Positions 47,222-57,495 are shown, numbered from the stretch's first letter. The stretch: 64,000 nucleotides of DNA from an uncultured Pseudomonadales bacterium (GCA_964511175.1 CAZEEI010000006.1:73-64072), one strand, 5' to 3'. Notes: generated by a model from the sequence alone, not told the origin. Made by a program: numbers and translations.

Positions 47222-47701
47222 ATGCCTAGTAAAAATGCACGCAAAATTTTTAGGCCACAATCTTTTTACCATATTTATAACCGAGGCACGAAAAAACAAC
47301 CGGTATTTCTGCAGGAGAAAGATTATTGGCGGTGGCGTCAAATATTGGCGTCGACTTTGCTCGAATTTGAAGGCACCATTAGTATTACTCATTTTGCCTT
47401 TCTACCCAATCACCTGCATTTACTTATCTGGCAACAAAGCGAAAGAGATATTACCCGATTTATGAGAAAAATTACTAACCGATATGCGTTTTATTTACAG
47501 AAGGAATACAACTGGGTTGGCCACGTTTTTCAAGGAGTTTACAAGGCTAGTTATTTATACACCAAAAAAGAACGTCGCCGCATTGAAAAGTATATTCTAG
47601 ACAATCCTAAAAAACATGGATACGTCAACTGGAAACACGTTGGTAGAGGGTCAGACCTATGGCGGGGTCCGACCCCAGCCATAGGTCTGACCCCTCCCTA
47701 G
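47222..47701 (+). CDS. IS200/IS605-family Y1 HuH transposase-like protein (RAYT type), paralog 2
   Basis: IYNRGTKKQ and PNHLHLLIW HuH motif; C-terminal residues are read-through of REP. Confidence 0.7.
   Translation: MPSKNARKIFRPQSFYHIYNRGTKKQPVFLQEKDYWRWRQILASTLLEFEGTISITHFAFLPNHLHLLIWQQSERDITRFMRKITNRYAFYLQKEYNWVGHVFQGVYKASYLYTKKERRRIEKYILDNPKKHGYVNWKHVGRGSDLWRGPTPAIGLTPP
47646..47697. repeat. REP family A cluster downstream of RAYT paralog 2
   Basis: GGGTCAGACC...GGGGTCCGACCCC...GGTCTGACCCC seen directly. Confidence 0.65.
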
Positions 47702-50700
47702 GGGGCGACTTCGCGCCAATTAATCCGCGGCGCGCGCATTTCGGCTGGCACCCGCACCGCAAAATCGGGTCGATAACGGAAGACTTCCGCCGGAATCGTA
47801 TTATTTAAAACGCGGCGCGTCAAATTGTTATCGTAATTGCGGTTCAAGTCCACACCTTGCCAACCCACAAAGGTACCTTCGCCGACAAATTTATAATCGC
47901 CACCAGCGGCGGCTCCGCGGCTCGGCAACAACAGGGCGCCATTGGCAATATAAACACCTTCAATCACACCGTCGTTAGCGTCCGGCGTAGTGGGATCCGG
48001 ATGCCCCACCGAGCCGTCGATGATAATATCGCCTTGGACAACGAAGGCCAAAAAGCCACCATTATCCACCAAAACCGTATTTTTAATATTCAAATCGCCC
48101 GCCACAAAAATCACCAGCGACTCATCCGCCGCCACACTCCAACTATCCTGAATCGTGAGGTCGCCGCCGTGAAAATAAGCGTTAATGCCCGTATTCACTG
48201 GATCGGCCGTAGGCTTTTGGGCATCGGCCGCCGTCTCGCCAAAATCGCTGCTCGGGTTGGCCATAAATTTATACAGGCGGTAAAAGTAATCATAATTTTC
48301 CTGAGCAATCCGCGTATTCACCCGCCCAATACTGCGGCGATTATCCTCGTCCAGCTTAGTGGTTTGCAAACCCGTTTCCCGCGACAAATCCACATCGCCA
48401 CCACCGGTCAAAATCAGGCCCGCCGAATGAGACTGCCCCTCACTATTGCGCGCCATCAGGTAAGGTTTGCAGTTCGGCTCCGAGCAAGTATCAGGAATCG
48501 GGTCAGTAATCACGGTGCCGGTTTTGCCGAAAGCCATCACCGAACCACCTAGTGTCTGGAACCAAGGCTCACGCGCATCGGTAATATAAAAGTTCAAACC
48601 AGTTAGCGGCGCCGTTACCCCCGAAAAAGTGCAACCGATTGGACAGGAGCAAATGAAGTCGTTGGCGCGGTCGATAATCAGCGCCACCTGATTAGTGCCG
48701 GTATCCGAATAGGGCAGGTTAATCGTGTAAGTCCCGGCCGGTGTCACCGTAGCACTATCGGAATACTCCTGCTGGTAGTCATCACCGCGCACCGCTAGCG
48801 TACCTACGTCTACCGCCGAAATTTCGAACATCTCTACTTCCGCCAAGTACCAGTAACCGCCACTGGCACTGCCATAATTAGTGGAGGAGGCCGCCCGGAC
48901 ACGCCAGTAGCGATGGGGCGCGGAAGCATTCAAAAAATAAGTTTGGGTATTGCCGTCATTGGGTAAACTTACCGTTTGTAGTGTGGTCCAGTTGCTGTTG
49001 TCGTCAGAATAATCGATAAAAACACTATTAACCCGCCAGGTAGCACCCGGATACTGCCGAATTGTAAACTTCCGAATTTCTTTGGCACTGAGGTTGGTGA
49101 GCGTACCTTCCGTAGTGGCTTCACCGTTCTCGTCCAGCATCACCATGTTTTCGCCAAAATCTTGGCCAATCCAAGCCGTGTTGGCTACGGCATTACCATA
49201 TTGGGAACTTATCCAGTAAACCGCCGTGTTATTGTCAAAGGCTCGGGAAGCGACATACCCTGCCACATGCCCACCATCTACCGCATTGCCAGTGGTTGCT
49301 ACATCTGCACTAATTTCCGGCAAATCAGCGCCGGTACCAGTACAAGTCAGGGCACCCTCTAAAACGGCCGTATTATTGCCGTCATAGTAAACACTACCCG
49401 ATACCGGCGAAGTAGCAATGAAAGTTACCCAGTTGCTCCAGTTGCCATAAGTACCTTGGGGGTGGCAGAGGCGGTTATAACCCCGAACACGCGCCGTATA
49501 AAAACGCGTGTTGGCCGTAAAGCTGTATTGGTTAGTCAAATCGACCTCACCGGTAATCGCCGAAATCGACCCACCATCGGCGTGGATGGCAAAATTCGTT
49601 ACTCCCCAGCGATAAGTGCCGGTCAAGTTTTCATTGGCCAACAGCCGCCAGTAGCGGTGACTGGCCGGAACACTGAGATTAAACGTGTGCGCCACCGCAT
49701 CTTTAGGAAAAGTTAAGGTCTCCGAAGTTGTCCAAGTAGTACCGTTATCACTAAACTGGAGGTGGGCAGAGGAAATAGACCAAGTCGCCGCGTACTGCTG
49801 TAACACAACCCGACTCACCAATCTGGCTTTGCCTAAATCTTGACCGATCCAGGCGTTGCCAGCAATGGCCGTACCGGCCTGACTACTAAGCCAGGGGGTA
49901 TAAACAGAACTATCAAAAGCGTAATCATTCACGTAACCGCCATAGTCACCGCCGCTGAGCGCGCCGCCTACACTGGTCCAATTAACATCTGGGTTTTCAC
50001 TGGGATAAAGTTCAATGTAAAAATGATTACCCCAGGCGACTGACGTCCAACTAAGCGTAATCTGGCCGGCGCTATTCGCTATCGCTATACCACCCTCGAC
50101 GGGTGAAAGAATGGTTGGGGTTCCTGGCGCGGTTTTGCTTTCACCACCGCAGGTACCGCCACAACCGTCGTCCTGATTGCACTTGAGATTACAGTCGGGA
50201 TAACACGGGTCACCGCTACCGCCGCCACTAGGGCAAGGCAAGCCGCCGCACCAACCTAGGCCGCCGGCCCCGCCGGAACAGTCGCCACCATCCCAGGAAC
50301 CACCTTTGTCGGAGCAGGATCCGGGAGTTTCGCAGTTGCCGCAGTTATTGCCACCTCCGCCGCCACCTCCTCCTCCGCCGCCACCTCCTCCTCCGCCGCC
50401 TCCATTACATTCCTGATCGATCCAAGAGTTGCAGGTTTGCGTGGGAGCGCGGCAGCCGTTGATACAGCCGCCACAGAAGATTTGGCCGCCGGAACATCGG
50501 GAGTCACTGACAACATAACAAGAGGAGTTAATAACAAATGCACAACCCTGGTTATCGCAATTACCTGTTGGTTGACAAGGGATGGTGTGGTTACCACCAA
50601 CACAGATCTTAGCCGGAGCACAATTACACTCAAAAGTGCGAGGATCGTACCCACACTGGCACTCCTCTTGATAACCACCTTCACAGCACTCAATCCCATC

Positions 50701-50793
50701 TCCTTGACAAAGAGCCCGAACGTGAGAAGAAAACCCACCCCAAAAGACTAGTCCCGATAATACTAAGGCAAATAGTACTAGCTTTCTGATCAT
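47698..50793 (-). CDS. giant secreted surface protein: Cys-rich module, poly-Gly run, two discoidin (F5/8 type C)-like domains, C-terminal parallel beta-helix
   Basis: signal peptide MIRKLVLFALVLSGLVF; HRYWRLLANENLTGTYRWGVTNFAIH and HRYWRVRAAS...YLAEVEMFE discoidin-like; GGDLTIQDS...VAGDLNIKNTVLVDNGG beta-helix repeats. Confidence 0.65.
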   Translation of the reverse strand: MIRKLVLFALVLSGLVFWGGFSSHVRALCQGDGIECCEGGYQEECQCGYDPRTFECNCAPAKICVGGNHTIPCQPTGNCDNQGCAFVINSSCYVVSDSRCSGGQIFCGGCINGCRAPTQTCNSWIDQECNGGGGGGGGGGGGGGGGGGNNCGNCETPGSCSDKGGSWDGGDCSGGAGGLGWCGGLPCPSGGGSGDPCYPDCNLKCNQDDGCGGTCGGESKTAPGTPTILSPVEGGIAIANSAGQITLSWTSVAWGNHFYIELYPSENPDVNWTSVGGALSGGDYGGYVNDYAFDSSVYTPWLSSQAGTAIAGNAWIGQDLGKARLVSRVVLQQYAATWSISSAHLQFSDNGTTWTTSETLTFPKDAVAHTFNLSVPASHRYWRLLANENLTGTYRWGVTNFAIHADGGSISAITGEVDLTNQYSFTANTRFYTARVRGYNRLCHPQGTYGNWSNWVTFIATSPVSGSVYYDGNNTAVLEGALTCTGTGADLPEISADVATTGNAVDGGHVAGYVASRAFDNNTAVYWISSQYGNAVANTAWIGQDFGENMVMLDENGEATTEGTLTNLSAKEIRKFTIRQYPGATWRVNSVFIDYSDDNSNWTTLQTVSLPNDGNTQTYFLNASAPHRYWRVRAASSTNYGSASGGYWYLAEVEMFEISAVDVGTLAVRGDDYQQEYSDSATVTPAGTYTINLPYSDTGTNQVALIIDRANDFICSCPIGCTFSGVTAPLTGLNFYITDAREPWFQTLGGSVMAFGKTGTVITDPIPDTCSEPNCKPYLMARNSEGQSHSAGLILTGGGDVDLSRETGLQTTKLDEDNRRSIGRVNTRIAQENYDYFYRLYKFMANPSSDFGETAADAQKPTADPVNTGINAYFHGGDLTIQDSWSVAADESLVIFVAGDLNIKNTVLVDNGGFLAFVVQGDIIIDGSVGHPDPTTPDANDGVIEGVYIANGALLLPSRGAAAGGDYKFVGEGTFVGWQGVDLNRNYDNNLTRRVLNNTIPAEVFRYRPDFAVRVPAEMRAPRINWREVAP
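50351..50403. repeat. 18-bp tandem repeat (GCCGCCACCTCCTCCTCC)n encoding 19 consecutive Gly
   Basis: seen directly within 47698-50793. Confidence 0.6.
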
Positions 50794-51275
50794 ATTTTCA
50801 CCAATTTCACCACCTCCGGCACACAATACTGTCGCAACGCTGCCCGCTGACTGACAGCAACCACACCGGACTCAATGCCGTCCAAGATTATATTTTGCCA
50901 ACTGTCTTCCAGCGAAGCGATTGCTTCCTCAGTAACATTCTTATTATCATTGACTGCTTTTAAGTGGTTAGTATTAATATAAATAGCTACCCTTCCTTGC
51001 AAAATAGGGGTGGCTCCCACCAAAGGCAGATTGGAACCATCTTCTTGGGTAAGGCTATACATGACAAACTTGTCAGCCGCGGGATCACTGATCACCTCAA
51101 TCCGATCAACCAAGATACCAGCCGACGTTAAGCAAGATTTTAACCGATCCAAGTAAAAAGGATAAGCAAAGTTACGATTTTGATTCTGCGTTTGCCAGTA
51201 CCAGAAGATACTATATCCCAATAACGAACCCAAAAAAAGTAAAACCGCCAAGAGGAGCACCCAACGCGAACGCAT
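50790..51275 (-). CDS. N-terminally membrane-anchored protein (161 aa)
   Basis: ATGA overlap with downstream giant gene; N-terminal TM. Confidence 0.5.
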   Translation of the reverse strand: MRSRWVLLLAVLLFLGSLLGYSIFWYWQTQNQNRNFAYPFYLDRLKSCLTSAGILVDRIEVISDPAADKFVMYSLTQEDGSNLPLVGATPILQGRVAIYINTNHLKAVNDNKNVTEEAIASLEDSWQNIILDGIESGVVAVSQRAALRQYCVPEVVKLVKI

Positions 51276-51323
51276 AGCCCCATTATGCCAAAAAACTAAG
51301 GAGCCGTAAACGATAACTAATTC

Positions 51324-52694
51324 TTACTGCTTAGGAGTGATGGGCTCAAAAGTAGCTTCAGCCGCAGCCATGGTAGGAGTAGGGGTACGCGGCTCTCCTT
51401 CAACCCGAGGATTAAGTACCACCACAGACATCCCCTGCGATGGTCGACGCAGCTGAGCCTCAAGAGTGGTATCATAGCCCGCCGTTAACTCAGCCATAAT
51501 TAGGTGGCGTAACGCTTCGCTGCCCGGCTGACAAGCCGACTCACCGAATTGCTGGGCGCACTGAGTGTTCAACTCGTGATATTTATGCAGCCAGCCGAAA
51601 GGTGCCACCATGGCCAGGTTTGTGAACGATACTTCATAAGCTAATGAGTCTCCGCCCAGGTAGACCACCAATTGATTGCTACCCTGTTCCGATACCATAG
51701 GATCAAAATACGCATTTGGCAACTCATGCATCCCGCCGTCGGGTCCTTTATAGCTGGAGTTATAATTAACCCCCTTGGGCATTGCCATCGGAGCGGTAAG
51801 AACAACATTAATTACATCACCTCGTACCTCGAAGTCACGTGCACCAGTCTCGTTTTCTCCCAACTCTGGCCACTCCAAAGTTAATTTACTATTGAATATC
51901 GCTTCATCTGAAGAAAAACTAGCCACCGTTAAGGGTTTGCTGGGATCATAGTCACTCCCCAACATAGCCTCGACGATCGCCCCAATTTCCGCCTCAGAAC
52001 CATCTTTCGGCAACATGATACCGGGAAAATCCACCGAGAAGTTTTCCAAATTTTCCAAATTAGCAAACCAATTAATAGTAAACGGCTTTCCGTTAACCAT
52101 AATTTGCATCGTCTTTAATTTCGTCCCCACCACCTCTGGAAATTCAGTCCATTCCGGGTGTTCGGTCAAAACCGATTCCACCTGCGGCACTTGCGTCTCC
52201 TCTACCGTTGGCGTTTCTTTAGCATCCGGTGTAGGTGCTGGTGTAACTCTGGGTTCAGCGGTTTGTAGAAAGGTATTCCCATGTCCTTCCCTAGCCACAA
52301 AACCACTAAACGCTTCCCATTCCGTAGCACCTGGCCGTAGAATCTGGGTAACCTGCCACCAATCATAACCATCGCCAGTATCGGCAACATCAACCACTTG
52401 AAGTTGTGTTCCCGCGGGTAGACTTTCCAAAATGTTAGTGCCCGCAGTACCGACAGTATCGCGAACATTAACTTGCCCTAAAACTTGAACTGTTTGCGAG
52501 GCATCGGGAGTAGCTTCTTGCCCAAAAACAGGCAAAACTTCGCCAGCACCCAGAAGAACCGCTCCTATTGCTCCGGTAGTCTTAGGATGTCTCACTGCCC
52601 AACGGAGCACATCAGCAGGGGCGGTAACAATTCTACGGAAAACCCCTTTTGACCGTTCTGGTTGACCTAGGCTTGCTTCTTTTCCCACTCTCAT
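51324..52694 (-). CDS. secreted hypothetical protein (456 aa)
   Basis: N-terminal signal region; PTPDAKETPT linker; first gene of 3-gene co-directional unit. Confidence 0.5.
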   Translation of the reverse strand: MRVGKEASLGQPERSKGVFRRIVTAPADVLRWAVRHPKTTGAIGAVLLGAGEVLPVFGQEATPDASQTVQVLGQVNVRDTVGTAGTNILESLPAGTQLQVVDVADTGDGYDWWQVTQILRPGATEWEAFSGFVAREGHGNTFLQTAEPRVTPAPTPDAKETPTVEETQVPQVESVLTEHPEWTEFPEVVGTKLKTMQIMVNGKPFTINWFANLENLENFSVDFPGIMLPKDGSEAEIGAIVEAMLGSDYDPSKPLTVASFSSDEAIFNSKLTLEWPELGENETGARDFEVRGDVINVVLTAPMAMPKGVNYNSSYKGPDGGMHELPNAYFDPMVSEQGSNQLVVYLGGDSLAYEVSFTNLAMVAPFGWLHKYHELNTQCAQQFGESACQPGSEALRHLIMAELTAGYDTTLEAQLRRPSQGMSVVVLNPRVEGEPRTPTPTMAAAEATFEPITPKQ

Positions 52695-53086
52695 ATTTAT
52701 ACCCTCTATCCTTTTTCTCTAGGCTCCTATCGCCTAAAATAAAAATCCTACACCCCAAAATACCTTCTATTTCGGCTTATAGGACTCATTAAAACCTGAT
52801 TATAACAGCTCAGCTCACGAAAAAGCAAGCTTCAGCTTTTTGTGAATTGACACTTTTGACTTCGCCAAATGTGTCAACAACTAAAGCGAGAAACACCTGC
52901 TATCCACAAAATGAGTCCATGACTGAGTAGTAAAAACAGGCTCCATCTTCTCTTTGCAACACGACAACCTTTACCCGTTTGTAACTTTTGTCTGTTTTGA
53001 ATTCTGCCTTAAACTCCACTACTGCTTCAAAAGTAAAATAGACGGAACCATTTTGGTAGCAGATGTATTGGTAGGTCCCGGAATCC

Positions 53087-53803
53087 CTAATTGTGACTCG
53101 CTTCGTCTTTTTCTAGTAAAACAATTTTAAATCCGCCCACAAAGTTGGTCATAGCTTTTTGAGAAAACCAACCTATTGGCAAAAATATTACCCTAAATAT
53201 TTCATAAAATAGTAGCGACCTCTTAGGTAGCGGAATATATCCTTCTTTAACCCTCTTAAGTCCTGCCCTGGAGAATAGTCGAATTAATTGATTTTCATTG
53301 TAATGGTGTATATGGCCATACTTAATTCCGCTCTCCTTCCATGGGTCTCGTATTTTTAATTTCCTCAGGATTTTGTTATCGAAAAACGAATCTTCCAGGG
53401 GAACCTTAATAAGTATCTGTCTGCCCAATGTTTTGACCTTCCTTAAGAAAGCCAAATCAGCACTAACATGTTCGAGAATGTCTATACATGTGATTAAATC
53501 GAATTGTTGTTTTGGTCGATAGTTAAAAATGTCAATGTTAATCCATGAGATGGTTTTGGTTGTGTTACATTTTTTTGCCATCTTTATCATTGTTTTAGAA
53601 ATATCTATTCCTACTGTTTTCTGAGAATGTAAAGTGTGGGCTAAAACCGCAGTTATTTTTCCTGCACCACAGGCAACATCTAAGAGACTGTTAACTTGAA
53701 TGTCTCCCAAAAAACTTAAAATCTGTTTGGCTTTCGTTTCTGACTGCTCAAAATGCAGCAGAGGATTTTTTTTAATATATTCATTTTGATAATCCATAAA
53801 CAC
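53087..53803 (-). CDS. class I SAM-dependent methyltransferase
   Basis: motif I LLDVACGAGKITAVLA, motif post-I D-I-S, ITCIDILEHV; AT-rich island. Confidence 0.7.
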   Translation of the reverse strand: MFMDYQNEYIKKNPLLHFEQSETKAKQILSFLGDIQVNSLLDVACGAGKITAVLAHTLHSQKTVGIDISKTMIKMAKKCNTTKTISWINIDIFNYRPKQQFDLITCIDILEHVSADLAFLRKVKTLGRQILIKVPLEDSFFDNKILRKLKIRDPWKESGIKYGHIHHYNENQLIRLFSRAGLKRVKEGYIPLPKRSLLFYEIFRVIFLPIGWFSQKAMTNFVGGFKIVLLEKDEASHN

Positions 53804-53808
53804 CTTGC

Positions 53809-54789
53809 TTATTCTTGGATTGATAAGACATGATCTATAACTTTTTTTGCTGTGGAATTTTGCAAAATAAAAACTTTGGATTCTAGTTCTGAAAAAGGCA
53901 CAAACTCACGAACATTAGTTTCAAAACCATTTTTTTGAGGAATAAAAGGCTTCAGAATATCAACATCTGCCAAATATCGTAGGTGTTGGAACTTAGAAAC
54001 AAGTCGTCCATCCTTACTTAATTCGATAAGTATAGATCCGAGAAATTTCACATTTTTGCAAGTTATTTGTGCTTCCTCAAGCAATTCCCTGCGCAGACAA
54101 TCTTCTGGACTTTCCCCAAGCTCACAACCACCTCCAGGGAGACTAAAATAACCCTCCCCACGGTCTCTAACGATACAAAATTTACCTAATTTATCTTTAC
54201 AGAATGTAAATACCTGTGTTACAGGAATGTTCTTAAGTATTTTATTGGGATGGTAAGTGAACTTTGCCCGATATTTTTGATTTTCAAAACTCTTCACGAC
54301 ATATTTAAGAATTTCCCACATTTGATGATTATCGTCTCTGCTACTCATTAGTAGGAGGGCGTTTTTTGGTGAAAATAACCCCCGCGCAGACGTTTCTAAG
54401 GGCTGCCAATCAGGATCAACCTTTGTTACAAATGAAGTAGTAATTGGCAGAATGCTAACGGGCGGGTATTTTAAGTCTGAAGAATCACGAATATTGTCGT
54501 TCCTAATGTATCCCACTACTCTTATTGATGATGTAGAGATACGTACACCTCCTTCTTCATAAGCTTCTCTAACAAGGGTATCTTGATATGTTTCCCCAGC
54601 CTCAATATGCCCTCCTAGAGGGTTCCACCATCTATTTTTGTCTAGGCACAAGACAACTTTCGTTCCAATGAAGGGAAAAGTAAATGGTGTCGATATTGGA
54701 ATTCCAGAAGGTAGTTTGTCATTTTCAACAAACTGAAAGGTAGTTTCCCTCTTGTCATTTTTTATTGTATATTTTGAATAACTGATCAT
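53809..54789 (-). CDS. tandem Nudix hydrolase (two Nudix boxes)
   Basis: GGHIEAGETYQDTLVREAYEEGGV and PGGGCELGESPEDCLRRELLEEAQI both fit GX5EX7REUXEEXGU. Confidence 0.75.
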   Translation of the reverse strand: MISYSKYTIKNDKRETTFQFVENDKLPSGIPISTPFTFPFIGTKVVLCLDKNRWWNPLGGHIEAGETYQDTLVREAYEEGGVRISTSSIRVVGYIRNDNIRDSSDLKYPPVSILPITTSFVTKVDPDWQPLETSARGLFSPKNALLLMSSRDDNHQMWEILKYVVKSFENQKYRAKFTYHPNKILKNIPVTQVFTFCKDKLGKFCIVRDRGEGYFSLPGGGCELGESPEDCLRRELLEEAQITCKNVKFLGSILIELSKDGRLVSKFQHLRYLADVDILKPFIPQKNGFETNVREFVPFSELESKVFILQNSTAKKVIDHVLSIQE

Positions 54790-54837
54790 AGTTGCTCATG
54801 GATGAGTGAATTGTAGACCTGTGTATTTTTGTAATGC

Positions 54838-55461
54838 TCATGGAGTTGCTTCTTTGATGAACCCGACTGGAGAATCATGAGTAATGACTACAGGTTTTAA
54901 GTACCGGAGCCTGCCAATTCGTTCACCAAAGTCACAGACAGCCGAATATAAGCGAACAGCATAATCTCTATAATTTTCCCCGTATGACAAAAAGTTATCT
55001 TTGAGTTTAGGATACCGAAGTTTTCCGTGAGAATATGGACTACCAAAACGATATAGCAAATTGTGATCGTCGATAAAAGTCTCTGACCAAAAAATTTGCC
55101 ATGCATCAGCGAGTGGTTCAAAAAAATCGCCCGGTCTATATCCAGGGGGGAAAACAAATTTCCCTTGATCTAGTTCTCTTAAATTGTGGTTAATGATCAA
55201 AGAAACTCTAAATTGATCACCAGATTGTATAATTCCTCTTTGAATAATTTGAGCCGTCTCCATTGCTCTCTTTTTGGGAGATGATATTAGTGCAATCCCG
55301 TGGTAATCCTGCTGTTTCGCTTCTTGCACCAACTGGGTACCAAATGCAATGGCTATCCTGTCTTGGTTTGGAGCCAGTGGATTGTCGGTACCATTCTGCA
55401 CAAGATTATCAATATCCTGCAGATGTCTTATAACTGCTAAAGATTCAACTGCTGAAGGCAT
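54838..55461 (-). CDS. histidine phosphatase superfamily (PGM/SixA branch) protein
   Basis: N-terminal VIRH and SSPKKRAMETAQI (RHG / SPLxRAxxTA-like) motifs. Confidence 0.5.
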   Translation of the reverse strand: MPSAVESLAVIRHLQDIDNLVQNGTDNPLAPNQDRIAIAFGTQLVQEAKQQDYHGIALISSPKKRAMETAQIIQRGIIQSGDQFRVSLIINHNLRELDQGKFVFPPGYRPGDFFEPLADAWQIFWSETFIDDHNLLYRFGSPYSHGKLRYPKLKDNFLSYGENYRDYAVRLYSAVCDFGERIGRLRYLKPVVITHDSPVGFIKEATP

Positions 55462-55502
55462 GTGTCGCCATAGTATAATTCATCTTATAGGATTGCACAA
55501 TT

Positions 55503-56645
55503 ATGTTTAACAAAGAAATTGTTCTCTTAACACCAAGAGCTTCCTATTATGTCGGTGGGGGTGAGAAGGTACCAATCAAACAAGCTCAGGAGCTTGCCCG
55601 TCTGGGTCAAAAGGTCCATCTAGTTACTCAGAAAGTACCAGAAAACAGCATGTCCTCAATGTACGGAGATCTTAGGGCCAACAATCAGAGTGGTGTCTTC
55701 ATTCACGAGGTTCCAATTAGAAGGCTTGGTGCCCCACATGTAGTAGATCCAGAAACCGATCCTAGTGTATGGAATTCGGAGAGTTTTGCTTTTGCTTCAG
55801 CAACGATTGGTTTAATGAAAGAAATCGGCCCATATGCCGTGTTGTCTTATTACCTATTAGACGGACTCATTCGCCCTCATGAAGGTAAGAACCTAGTATA
55901 TCTGCTCGGAAATCCACCTGAACCTCTGCAGTTGGGAATTCCTATGATGAGAATGTACGATGCTGACATTTCCATAAGTTCGGTTGTAAAAAATCACTGG
56001 CAGCAGTATGTAACAGAGAGAAAAACGCGTTATTTATTACCCACCGGTGTGGAATTACCTAAAGATTCTGAGCTAAAAAACAAAGAACCTTCAGCGCAGG
56101 TACTATTTCTAGGTAGGCTTATAGAGCGGAAAGGTGTATCAACCTTACTACATGCTTTTTCCAAAGTGTTGCAGGATAACCCTAGTGCCCATTTAACTAT
56201 CGCTGGTGATGGTCCAATGCGTGAGACACTCGAGAGAATGACGAGTGACCTTCAAATGCAGGCCAATGTATCATTCACGGGTTTCGTTAACTCAAAGCAG
56301 ATACAAGAACTTTTCAATAATGCCGATCTATGTGTTTTTCCATCATATGAGGGGGAGGGATTATTGGGCGTAGTCTTGGAATCCATGGCATCGGCTAAAG
56401 CAGTCATTGCAACCACAGGTAACGGAAACGAAGACATAATTTGCTCTGCAGAGAACGGCATTCTCGTTGAGCCTAGAAACGTAGAGATTCTAGCAAAAAA
56501 TATCGAGATACTACTTTCTCATCCTGACTATGCAAAGACCCTGGGAAAACGAGCTAGACAATTTGTCAAAGATAATTTGACCTGGGAGCAACATGTGAAG
56601 CAACTCTTATCCATCTTGGACGCAGTTAATGTTGTTTTTAGATAA
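55503..56645 (+). CDS. glycosyltransferase family 4
   Basis: EGEGLLGVVLESMASAKAVIAT E-x7-E motif; GT-B layout. Confidence 0.75.
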   Translation: MFNKEIVLLTPRASYYVGGGEKVPIKQAQELARLGQKVHLVTQKVPENSMSSMYGDLRANNQSGVFIHEVPIRRLGAPHVVDPETDPSVWNSESFAFASATIGLMKEIGPYAVLSYYLLDGLIRPHEGKNLVYLLGNPPEPLQLGIPMMRMYDADISISSVVKNHWQQYVTERKTRYLLPTGVELPKDSELKNKEPSAQVLFLGRLIERKGVSTLLHAFSKVLQDNPSAHLTIAGDGPMRETLERMTSDLQMQANVSFTGFVNSKQIQELFNNADLCVFPSYEGEGLLGVVLESMASAKAVIATTGNGNEDIICSAENGILVEPRNVEILAKNIEILLSHPDYAKTLGKRARQFVKDNLTWEQHVKQLLSILDAVNVVFR

Positions 56646-56693
56646 GTTCCAATACCTATTGTTTTTTCAACAATACTAAAACTTCCTAAACAA

Positions 56694-56722
56694 CAAAAAA
56701 CCGTCTCAGGGACGGTTCTTTG
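56694..56722. terminator. hairpin ACCGTC-TCAGG-GACGGT flanked by A6 and T-rich tract (bidirectional terminator candidate)
   Basis: seen directly 50 nt after GT4 stop. Confidence 0.4.
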
Positions 56723-56783
56723 CTTGCTTCTTCCCGATTGGGAAGGGCACCTGTCTGATAAGGAATGTATGGAAAATATTCCC

Positions 56784-56850
56784 TTTTGTCAATCCCTTGT
56801 ACAGGTCACACACCTTTGGCACTACCGTCACTATGGGGTCAGATTTGGCT
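56784..56850. repeat. ~70 bp repeat, copy 1 (TTTTGTCAATCCCTTGTACAGGTCACACACCTTTGGCACTACCGTCACTATGGGGTCAGATTTGGC)
   Basis: diverged copy of 57424-57495 / 58063-58155. Confidence 0.5.
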
Positions 56851-56949
56851 GATAGAAATAAAGCGTGACCTACCAAATCGACCAGTCGGGAAAAATCGAA
56901 CAAACGGAAAGAAATACGGTTATTGCTTGCATCAACGGCAACACCATAG

Positions 56950-57336
56950 TTGTTTTTCTGGATAAAAGAGAAAAGAGAAAAAAGAAAACTGCAAAGATTT
57001 TTCCGAAGCGCCGGCCTGACAAAACTATTTCCTTACCTAACTTTCGCCGCACTTCTGGCCTTGGTGTTGGCAAGACTGGATACCACCCAAAAGATAACTA
57101 TCGATCGGGAATATCTTGGCCACGAGGACCTGATTGAGCAAAAAATCAAAATCTATACAGCTGCTTTAGGAATAAAAAGAACAATTTATCTGCAATTTGG
57201 GCATGTCGGTAAATTATCTCGGGCTCATCAGTTGGCCTACCGGGTGGCTCGCGGCAAAATTACGGCCAACTATGTCGCACACGCCAACGAAATAATACAG
57301 ATGATCACCGGAACAAAAAAGATCGGGACTACCTAA
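56950..57336 (+). CDS. hypothetical protein (128 aa)
   Basis: ORF only, AT-rich island. Confidence 0.3.
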   Translation: MFFWIKEKREKRKLQRFFRSAGLTKLFPYLTFAALLALVLARLDTTQKITIDREYLGHEDLIEQKIKIYTAALGIKRTIYLQFGHVGKLSRAHQLAYRVARGKITANYVAHANEIIQMITGTKKIGTT

Positions 57337-57423
57337 CTCAGGATTGTTTACCTGGCGATCAGTAATCTACCGACCTTTTATGGCCTTTAATCTAGCACGT
57401 CAAGAGTTTTTTGTCAAAAATTT

Positions 57424-57495
57424 TATGCAGGTCACGATACATTTGGCACTACTGTCATTATTCGGTCAGCTTTATCAGCTAAAAATAACTCTGTT
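57424..57495. repeat. ~70 bp direct repeat, copy 2
   Basis: ~90% identical to 58084-58155; immediately upstream of NYN gene ATG at 57500. Confidence 0.55.

Larger units (their letters stand above)
47118..47697 (+). mobile_element. RAYT-REP unit 2: IS200-like tyrosine transposase flanked on both sides by REP family A clusters
   Basis: REP clusters 47118-47186 and 47646-47697 bracket ORF 47222-47701. Confidence 0.6.
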
